DNA of 64,000 bases. It comes from Cyanobacteria bacterium J06648_1. Lineage in GTDB: Bacteria > Cyanobacteriota > Cyanobacteriia > Cyanobacteriales > Xenococcaceae. Positions 57,635 through 64,000 of this stretch are shown here, piece after piece. Position 1 is the first letter of the stretch. Each line of letters begins with the position of its first letter. The stretch covers positions 25,344 to 89,343 of the forward strand of contig JBCBWB010000001.1 in the NCBI GenBank assembly GCA_039817275.1. Direction: 5' to 3'. The position numbers and the translations under genes were made by a program. The notes under the pieces are model-generated. The model was not told where the DNA came from. It saw nothing but the letters and a program-made list of their open reading frames with translations, and searched no databases.

Positions 57635-59380
57635 CTAGTTCAACACTTCTTTTAGCTGATGCTGTTGCCAAAGAGACTGATAAAGTCCCTGTTCTTCGAC
57701 TAGGATTTCGTGAGTCCCGTTTTGGACAATTTTGCCTTGATCCATCACTAAAATGCGATCGCACGCTGCCGCTGCGGATAGCTGGTGAGAAATAAAGATC
57801 ACCGTCTTTTTGGCTCTTGCAGGAGAAAGGCTATCGAGTATTCTCGTAGCTGTCTCGTTATCAACGCTGGATAGAGCATCATCCAAAATCAAGACTTTAG
57901 CATCTGCCAATAATGCCCTAGCCAAAGCCGTGCGCTGCCTTTGACCTCCAGATAGAGTAATTCCTCTTTCACCTACCAAAGTGTCGTATTCCTGCGGAAA
58001 AGTCAGGATTTCTGGGTGAATTTGGGCTTGCTTGGCTGATTGTACTACCTCTGCTGTGTCGGCTAAAGGCTCACCGTAGCGAATATTGTTCTTGATCGAG
58101 GTGCTAAACAAAAAGCTGTCTTGGGGAACATAGGCGATCGCCTGACGTAGGCTTGCCAAGTCTAATTTAGTAATATCACAGCCGTCTAAAAATAGCCCTC
58201 GCTCGACGTTGAGTAAGCGGGGAATGGCGTTTGCTAAGGTAGATTTACCAGAGCCGATTGAGCCGACAATAGCTACAGTTTCCCCTGGCTTAATATCGAA
58301 GTTGAGATCATATAGAGCAGGAGTATCGGAACCTGGATAGGTATAGCTAAGATTGCGCGCTGAAATTTCTCCTTTGATTTCTGCTGCTGGTAAAACAATT
58401 GCCTGGGGCAGGTTTTTGATCTTGGGTTCGGCTTTGGTAATTGCCTCTACCCGATCAATACTGACCTCTCCCTGCTGATAGGCAGTAATGGTAAAGCCCA
58501 ATAGAGCAGTGGGAAACACTAGTCTTTCGACAAACAGCACTAAAGCAATAAAATCACCCACGGTAATTTCGCCGTTGGCGATCGCCTTGGTGCCGATAAA
58601 GAGCAGAATCAACAGACTGATGTAGGAAATGCCCTCAATCACGGGAAACAATAGGTTTCTCGTTCTGGCTAATTTGAGATTTGCCTCTAATAGCTGCTGA
58701 TTTTTCTGCCGAAATGCTTCTCGCTCCTGATTCTCTTGGGCATAAATCCGAATTAGCGCCATGCCGCTCATATCTTCTTGGATTAGCTCACTGAGATCCG
58801 ACAGCTTAACCTGAATCTCTTCCTGGTAGCGGCGCAGTTTGCCACTGAATAGCTGTACCGTAAGCAGCATGAAGGGATACACGGCAATCGCCAAGATAGT
58901 TAGACGGGCGCTGATCTTCAGCATTACGGGCAGGGTAAAGGCGTAGGCAAAAATGATATTGATAAAGCTCAACACCGCAAATCCCACTAGACGACGAATA
59001 TTGTCCACGTCACTGGTGGCGCGATTGATCAAGTCTCCTGAAGTGTTATTGGAGAAATAGTTGGGTTCAATCTTTAAGAGGTGCTGAAAAATCCGCTGCT
59101 TCAGACCAAATTCTACCTGTCTACCAACCCCAAAGATACTGGTGCGGGAAAACATCCGAAAGCACCACATAATCGCCGAGAGCAATAATAACCACAGTGC
59201 CGTGCGGGAAAGCTGGTTAAAGCTAAACTCTCCCTGTAGCTGGTCGATACTGTCTCTGATCAATAGGGGAATATAGACTCCTAAAATATTGACAATTAAG
59301 AGTGCGATCGTACCGAATAAGACCGTTCGCCAGTGGGGACGAAGGTAGCTGCCTAATTTTTGTAGCCGAGAATTTGCCAT
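57635..59380 (-). CDS. ABC exporter, fused permease/ATPase (MsbA/MdlB-like)
   Basis: Six-TM N-terminal half, Walker A GSIGSGKST, signature LSGGQRQR and Walker B LILDDALS. Confidence 0.85.
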   Translation of the reverse strand: MANSRLQKLGSYLRPHWRTVLFGTIALLIVNILGVYIPLLIRDSIDQLQGEFSFNQLSRTALWLLLLSAIMWCFRMFSRTSIFGVGRQVEFGLKQRIFQHLLKIEPNYFSNNTSGDLINRATSDVDNIRRLVGFAVLSFINIIFAYAFTLPVMLKISARLTILAIAVYPFMLLTVQLFSGKLRRYQEEIQVKLSDLSELIQEDMSGMALIRIYAQENQEREAFRQKNQQLLEANLKLARTRNLLFPVIEGISYISLLILLFIGTKAIANGEITVGDFIALVLFVERLVFPTALLGFTITAYQQGEVSIDRVEAITKAEPKIKNLPQAIVLPAAEIKGEISARNLSYTYPGSDTPALYDLNFDIKPGETVAIVGSIGSGKSTLANAIPRLLNVERGLFLDGCDITKLDLASLRQAIAYVPQDSFLFSTSIKNNIRYGEPLADTAEVVQSAKQAQIHPEILTFPQEYDTLVGERGITLSGGQRQRTALARALLADAKVLILDDALSSVDNETATRILDSLSPARAKKTVIFISHQLSAAAACDRILVMDQGKIVQNGTHEILVEEQGLYQSLWQQHQLKEVLN

Positions 59381-59501
59381 CTACAAATCTTAACAATTTT
59401 TTCACCGATGGCAAAATACTTCTAAAGTATGAAAGACTCTAGGTTCAAATTGGCTATGTTAATCTGCACTGTCCAAAGACGGCACGAATCTTGAGATGCT
59501 G

Positions 59502-60644
59502 CTATCTTTCCTCCATGGGAATATAGGGAATTTTGTGCTTCCCCGTATAAACCTGAGTCGGACGAAAAATGCGGTTAACGGCTAATTGTTCTTTCCAGTG
59601 GGCGAGCCACCCTGCCACACGAGCGATCGCAAAAATGGGGGTGAATAAATCGCTAGGAATACCCAGCTTGCTGTAGACCAAACCAGAATAAAAATCGACG
59701 TTAGGATAAATGCCTTTATGACCGAGTTTTGCCTCAATTACCTGCTCAAGTTTGAGAGCCAGGTCATAATAGCGATCGTGTCCCGTTTCGCTAAACAGCT
59801 CTACAGCAAGCTCTTGCAAGATCTTAGCTCTGGGATCTTTAACCTTATATACTCGATGCCCAAAACCCATAATTTTCTGCTTGTTGGCAATTAAATTAGC
59901 AACATAAGGTTCAACTTCGCTCACTGAACCAATATTCTCTAGCATAATCAACACTTCTTCGTTCGCTCCACCATGAAGCGGACCTGCCAAAGTCCCAACC
60001 GCCGAAGCAACTACAGCATAGGGATCTGTCAGTGTCGAAGCAGTTACCATTGCCGAAAAAGTCGAGGCGTTAATCGTATGTTCTGCATGTAGAGTCAAAC
60101 AGGTATCAAAAATTCTCGCCTCCAGAGGATGAGGCACCTTCTCCGTCAGCATGTAGAGAAAGTTGGTGGCATAGTCTAAATTATCATTGGGCTGAATTGC
60201 ATCGTTACCCCGACGCATCTGGTGAAACGCAGCTACCATCGTCGGAATTTTTGCCAGAATTCTGACTACTGCTTTACGAATATATTCAGGATCGTCCAAA
60301 GCCCGACGAGCGTAAAATAAACCTAGCGCTGCCGCCGATGTTTGCAAAGCATCCATGGGATGTCCTGATTCAGGACAGCACTTCATCATGTCCCGAATGC
60401 GGTATTTAATCCGACGGTGAAACAGAATTTGAGTCTGAAATTCCTTTAGCTGCTGGGCGCTGGGCAACTGCCCCCAGATCAGCAAATACGCGGTTTCGAG
60501 AAAACAGCCTCGTTTAGTTAGCTCTTCGATCGCAATCCCACGATACTCCAAAATCCCTTTTTGACCATCAACAAAACTAATGCTAGATTTCGTTGCGGGG
60601 ATGCCTTCTAAACCTGGCTTGTATTCGCAAAATGTTGCCGTCAT
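59502..60644 (-). CDS. gltA: citrate synthase
   Basis: LHAEHTINASTF, GPLHGGANE, GFGHRVYK.DPR, and PNVDFYSG. Confidence 0.92.
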   Translation of the reverse strand: MTATFCEYKPGLEGIPATKSSISFVDGQKGILEYRGIAIEELTKRGCFLETAYLLIWGQLPSAQQLKEFQTQILFHRRIKYRIRDMMKCCPESGHPMDALQTSAAALGLFYARRALDDPEYIRKAVVRILAKIPTMVAAFHQMRRGNDAIQPNDNLDYATNFLYMLTEKVPHPLEARIFDTCLTLHAEHTINASTFSAMVTASTLTDPYAVVASAVGTLAGPLHGGANEEVLIMLENIGSVSEVEPYVANLIANKQKIMGFGHRVYKVKDPRAKILQELAVELFSETGHDRYYDLALKLEQVIEAKLGHKGIYPNVDFYSGLVYSKLGIPSDLFTPIFAIARVAGWLAHWKEQLAVNRIFRPTQVYTGKHKIPYIPMEER

Positions 60645-61170
60645 AGACTTTCCTGTATAAATTTTTAAGATAATATATGTGTTGTATGTTCTGAAAATAC
60701 CCTAGATCGAATCTCCGAAGGGTCGTGAAAGTTACCGAAAATCAGATCTTGATCTACAAATGTACGCCTCGTGATTTCATTTGTAGCTACCAGACTTACA
60801 CTTTTTGAGATAGATGCTATATAAAGCAGTATACTATTATGTCGTAGGCTAGAGGAAAAGCTAAATCTATGGCATCAGTACCATTTCCCTCATCATAGCT
60901 TGGGTCTGTCCCCAATATTTAGCTACAAAAATTCAGTGACAGAATTTTGCTCCTGTTCAAATTATTTGTGCCAGAAAGACCAAAAGAGCGATCGTCAGCT
61001 CGACAAGCTAAGCTAACTATTTAAAATTTCTAACAATCTGGTTAACTTACCAACGGTGATCCGTATCATAATAAAAGGTCACTGACATTATCACGTCCTT
61101 ACATAAACTCATATCTTTAACTTAGAGATATACCTTAATACACACTCACTTTAATTAAAGGAGACAATAT

Positions 61171-62472
61171 TTGGTTTCTACAACTTCCTTTAAAACAGCC
61201 AAATCAGAAGAAATTTTTAATGCTGCTCAAAAACTAATGCCTGGTGGGGTAAGTTCCCCCGTCCGTGCCTTCAAATCCGTTGGTGGTCAGCCGATTGTCT
61301 TTGACCACGTCAAGGGAGCTTACATCTGGGATGTTGATGGTAATCAATACATCGATTATGTCGGCACCTGGGGACCTGCGATCTGTGGTCATGCAAACCC
61401 TGTCGTCATTGAAGCTCTACATGCAGCTCTCGAAAAAGGTACTAGCTTTGGCGCTCCCTGTACCTTAGAGAACGTCCTAGCAGAGATGGTGATTGATGCC
61501 GTTCCTAGTATCGACGTGGTGCGCTTTGTCAACTCAGGTACGGAAGCCTGTATGTCAGTGCTGCGGCTAATGCGAGCCTTTACTGGCAGAGAAAAAATCG
61601 TCAAGTTTGAAGGCTGCTATCACGGTCACGCAGACATGTTCTTGGTCAAAGCAGGATCAGGAGTGGCAACTCTCGGTTTACCCGATTCTCCAGGGGTACC
61701 AAAATCGACGACTGTCAACACTCTGACCGCTCCCTATAACGATTTAGAGACAGTCAAAAAACTCTTTGCGGAAAATCCCGATCAAATTGCAGGTATTATT
61801 CTCGAACCCGTAGTCGGTAACTCTGGTTTCGTAACCCCCGATGCTGGATTTCTCGAAGGATTGAGAGAAATCACCAAAGAACATGGTGCGCTGCTAGTCT
61901 TTGACGAAGTGATGACTGGTTTCCGCATCTCCTACGGTGGCGCACAGGCTAAGTTTGGCGTGACTCCCGACCTTACAACTCTAGGTAAGGTAATTGGTGG
62001 CGGTTTGCCCGTAGGTGCTTACGGTGGTCGTGCCGATATCATGTCCATGGTTGCACCCGCAGGTCCTATGTATCAAGCAGGTACGCTTTCGGGTAATCCT
62101 CTGGCAATGACAGCGGGAATAAAAACCCTAGAATTGCTCAGTAAGCCTGGCACTTACGAACAGCTTGAGCGCATCACGGCTAAATTAGCGTCGGGTTTAC
62201 TCTCCGTAGCCAGAGAAGCAGGACACGAAGTAACTGGCGGCAATATTAGCGCCATGTTTGGCATGTTCTTTACTGCTCAAGAAGTTCATAACTACGATGA
62301 TGCCAAAACTTCAGACATGAAGAAATTTGCTCGCTTCCATCGCGGCATGTTAGAAAGAGGCATCTATCTGGCTCCTTCTCAGTTTGAGGCTGGCTTCACT
62401 TCTCTGGCTCATACCGAGGAAGATGTTGAGCGCACTTTAGCAGCAGCAAAAGCAGTTTTAGCGGAAATTTAA
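61171..62472 (+). CDS. hemL: glutamate-1-semialdehyde 2,1-aminomutase
   Basis: The TTG start is preceded by AGGAG (61151-55). The N-terminus (M)[28 protein letters not shown] matches the HemL N-terminus. [11 protein letters not shown] and the PLP lysine region TLGKVIGGG are present. Confidence 0.92.
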   Translation: MVSTTSFKTAKSEEIFNAAQKLMPGGVSSPVRAFKSVGGQPIVFDHVKGAYIWDVDGNQYIDYVGTWGPAICGHANPVVIEALHAALEKGTSFGAPCTLENVLAEMVIDAVPSIDVVRFVNSGTEACMSVLRLMRAFTGREKIVKFEGCYHGHADMFLVKAGSGVATLGLPDSPGVPKSTTVNTLTAPYNDLETVKKLFAENPDQIAGIILEPVVGNSGFVTPDAGFLEGLREITKEHGALLVFDEVMTGFRISYGGAQAKFGVTPDLTTLGKVIGGGLPVGAYGGRADIMSMVAPAGPMYQAGTLSGNPLAMTAGIKTLELLSKPGTYEQLERITAKLASGLLSVAREAGHEVTGGNISAMFGMFFTAQEVHNYDDAKTSDMKKFARFHRGMLERGIYLAPSQFEAGFTSLAHTEEDVERTLAAAKAVLAEI

Positions 62473-62520
62473 GCTAGGAAACCTAACTTAAGCTTGAATT
62501 TAATACAACATAAACAATTA

Positions 62521-62543
62521 GGCGGGGTTACACCCGTCTTTTT
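62521..62543 (+). terminator. candidate intrinsic terminator of hemL
   Basis: GGCGGG-GTTACA-CCCGTC stem (one G.U pair) followed by TTTTT, 49 nt after the hemL stop. Confidence 0.5.
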
Positions 62544-62568
62544 GCTGAAAGGCGGTAAATCCGCTTGC

Positions 62569-62803
62569 TTAGATCGATAAAGCTGCATATTGAAGAGATT
62601 GCTCAAGATCGTTTAATTCCAAGTCTGGATATTCTGCCAAGATCTCCTCGAAAGGTTTACCATTGGCTACTAAATTCACAACTAAGGATACGGGGATACG
62701 CATCCCGCGAAACAAGACGTGCTACGCACGCTGTAACCTGTCCAGCCATAATCCGAGGATTGAAGGTGATACGCTCTAGATTTTCGAGTCGATAGTCATT
62801 CAT
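62569..62803 (-). pseudogene. DUF433-family small gene, frameshifted by a mini-hairpin insertion
   Basis: From ATG 62803 the reading is MNDYRLENLERITFNPRIMAGQ..., then a GC-rich hairpin. A different frame then reads RGMRIPVSLVVNLVANGKPFEEILAEYPDLELNDLEQSLQYAALSI* (stop at 62569-71). The total of 235 nt is not a multiple of 3. Confidence 0.65.
62713..62731. mobile_element. ~19-nt GC-rich mini-hairpin (CGTGC-GTA-GCACG on the coding strand) inside the DUF433 gene
   Basis: Removing 19 nt (or 28 nt) restores a single reading frame of 216 (or 207) nt. The stem and trinucleotide loop have the same style as the intergenic modules. Confidence 0.5.
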
Positions 62804-63370
62804 GTGATATTTTTGTCTCGAACGATAGAAAATATTTTCAGGTATTAGTGATTCATTAACCTTGGTCTATTAATTCAGAAGCATTAGATAGAAGAATGTA
62901 AGGCTATTTCTTGATGCTAAGATTAGTAATACATATTGGCTATCGCTTATAAATACGTCGATAAGCAGCCTCTTTGTTTTTAATAAAATTGACCTGCAAA
63001 GATTTGGAGGAATTATCCATGTTGTTTCGGGCGATCGCTTCATTAATGAAGATTTAACTATCATAAAGTTTTCCGTTTATTTGAGTATGGAATACTTTTA
63101 GACGCAGAGCATTTAAAGTTAAACCAAGTACTAGAAATTATGTTCCGTTTGTTTTTGTTGAAAATTTACGGATTCTGGGGAGATCCAGAAATTTGTCCTG
63201 TTTAAATTTAAATTCCTATGTATTTCTGAATTAGGCTCTACATCATTTTTCAAATGGTTACATTTTGAGCATAAACCGATTATATTTTACTGGGTCGATC
63301 GCTAATTACTATAATTGTTCTCAATAAAACCCTTTGCGCCTCTGCGTCTCTGCGCGAAACTAATCTGCAC

Positions 63371-63400
63371 AAAAAAAAAGGCAGGTAACTTACCCACCTT
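63371..63400 (-). terminator. intrinsic terminator of clpC
   Basis: On the minus strand, AGGTGGGTAA-G-TTACCTGCCT (8 Watson-Crick plus 2 wobble pairs) is followed by nine T, about 20 nt after the clpC stop. Confidence 0.6.
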
Positions 63401-63422
63401 TAGAATTCAATTATGTAATCAA

Positions 63423-64000
63423 CTAACGAGTTGCTTCTACCAACACCTGCTCTTTAACCGCAGTCACGGTAGTGTTGCCGTCTTCATCCAGGTCAACTAA
63501 AGCATTATCGCCATCGTTGACGCTACCAGTTAAAATCGCTTCGGCGAGACTATCTTCGAGTAGACGCATAATTGCGCGACGTAGAGGTCTAGCACCATAG
63601 CTAGGATCGAAGCCTTCCTCAATCACCTTGTCTTCAAAAGCAGTAGTTACTCCTAAAGTAATCTCGCGCTGTTCTTCTAGGCGATTAGAAATCTCTTTTA
63701 AGAGAATACTCGCAATCTGTCTGACTTCAGGTCTAGTCAACTGACGGAAGACAATAATCTCATCTAGTCGGTTGATAAATTCAGGGCGGAAATAGTTTTT
63801 CAACTCTTGATTTACCAATTCCTTAACACGGTTATACTGCGCTTCATCTTTGTCGCCAGAGAACTCAAATCCTAAGCCGCTACCGCCTTTTTCAATTACC
63901 TTAGACCCAATATTAGAGGTCATAATAATTACGGTATTTTTAAAGCTAACGGTGCGTCCTTGAGCATCTGTTAGACGACCATCATCCAGCATTTGCAGCA
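63423..64000 (-). CDS. clpC: ATP-dependent Clp protease ATP-binding subunit ClpC, C-terminal part (5-prime end outside window)
   Basis: [45 protein letters not shown]...[33 protein letters not shown]...GARPLRRAI. The frame stays open to the window edge. Confidence 0.85.
   Translation of the reverse strand, partial: LQMLDDGRLTDAQGRTVSFKNTVIIMTSNIGSKVIEKGGSGLGFEFSGDKDEAQYNRVKELVNQELKNYFRPEFINRLDEIIVFRQLTRPEVRQIASILLKEISNRLEEQREITLGVTTAFEDKVIEEGFDPSYGARPLRRAIMRLLEDSLAEAILTGSVNDGDNALVDLDEDGNTTVTAVKEQVLVEATR

Noticed and set aside
57635-59380. Interpreting the ABC exporter as the type I secretion ATPase for the neighbouring RTX proteins.
   Set aside because: It has no N-terminal C39 peptidase or C39-like domain, there is no adjacent membrane-fusion or outer-membrane gene, and it is convergently oriented. 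The sequence looks like a generic MsbA/MdlB-type half-size exporter. The link cannot be supported from sequence alone.
60754-60786. 9-bp inverted repeat CTACAAATG...CATTTGTAG with a 15-nt loop, preceded by the AGATC-TT-GATCT palindrome, in the gltA-hemL divergent spacer.
   Set aside because: It could be an operator or a leader structure. However, there is no T-tract, no second copy and no recognisable riboswitch core, so I cannot assign a function from sequence.
62565-62795. 76-aa plus-strand ORF (TTG start) downstream of hemL.
   Set aside because: It is antisense to the two DUF433-like reading-frame segments, which carry clear family motifs, and it begins after the hemL terminator hairpin. 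I treat it as a shadow ORF.
62870-63064. 64-aa minus-strand ORF in the AT-rich spacer between the DUF433 remnant and clpC.
   Set aside because: It has a low-complexity hydrophobic/Leu-Ile-rich translation, with no RBS and no domain. It is probably non-coding or a decayed remnant.
63315-63500. 61-aa plus-strand ORF spanning the clpC terminator and the clpC 3-prime end.
   Set aside because: It overlaps the strong terminator hairpin/T-run and the well-supported clpC frame on the opposite strand. It also contains the CTCTGCG-type short repeat. No coding signals are present.

Overview
This window is a cyanobacterial chromosomal segment. The HIP1 octamer GCGATCGC recurs throughout (e.g. 3772-3779, 4026-4033), there are heptanucleotide tandem arrays, and the gene content fits: an adjacent gamma-TMT/HPPD tocopherol pair, a PanC-Cmk fusion, a LabA-like NYN protein and a DHH-CBS-poly(A)-polymerase-type nucleotidyltransferase. 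I can support about 50 protein genes, one tRNA-Thr(GGU), one frameshifted gene remnant and two intrinsic terminators. I found no rRNA, CRISPR array, transposase, integrase or reverse transcriptase. Layout: 1-9.0 kb holds a glycan-modification island (sulfotransferase fragment, GT-A-like, methyltransferase, GT2, secreted hydrolase, GT4, large Pmp-repeat beta-helix protein). 9.2-11.1 kb holds HPPD and gamma-tocopherol methyltransferase. 15.4-18.5 kb holds an unusually long carotenoid-oxygenase-family gene behind an ABA4-like DUF4281 gene. 18.6-21.2 kb holds an orphan TpsA-type protein. 26-49 kb is mostly housekeeping (cobQ, purT, ilvH, metG, yefM/yoeB, ruvA, panC-cmk, rlpA, purM). 50-57.6 kb holds three Ca-binding RTX-type proteins, two of them tandem ELWxxDG-repeat paralogues, plus a DUF4915/TIGR03032-like gene. 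The window ends with an ABC exporter, gltA, hemL and the clpC 3-prime end. The most unusual signal is not a protein system. It is a family of tiny GC-rich mini-hairpin modules, often with GAA/TTC triloops and the GCGAAGC motif. They pile up into two ORF-free islands (25925-26291 and 47153-47355). One module splits a heptamer repeat cleanly (46272-46294), others interrupt two more heptamer arrays, one set fills the loop of a 50-nt host hairpin that is also present empty at 9112-9161, and one frameshifts a DUF433 gene (62713-31). This looks like a nesting, non-autonomous mobile hairpin system, similar to the small dispersed repeats of Nostoc or to REP/BIME elements, with no mobilising enzyme in this window. 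All functional calls rest on by-eye motif recognition; no database search was run.
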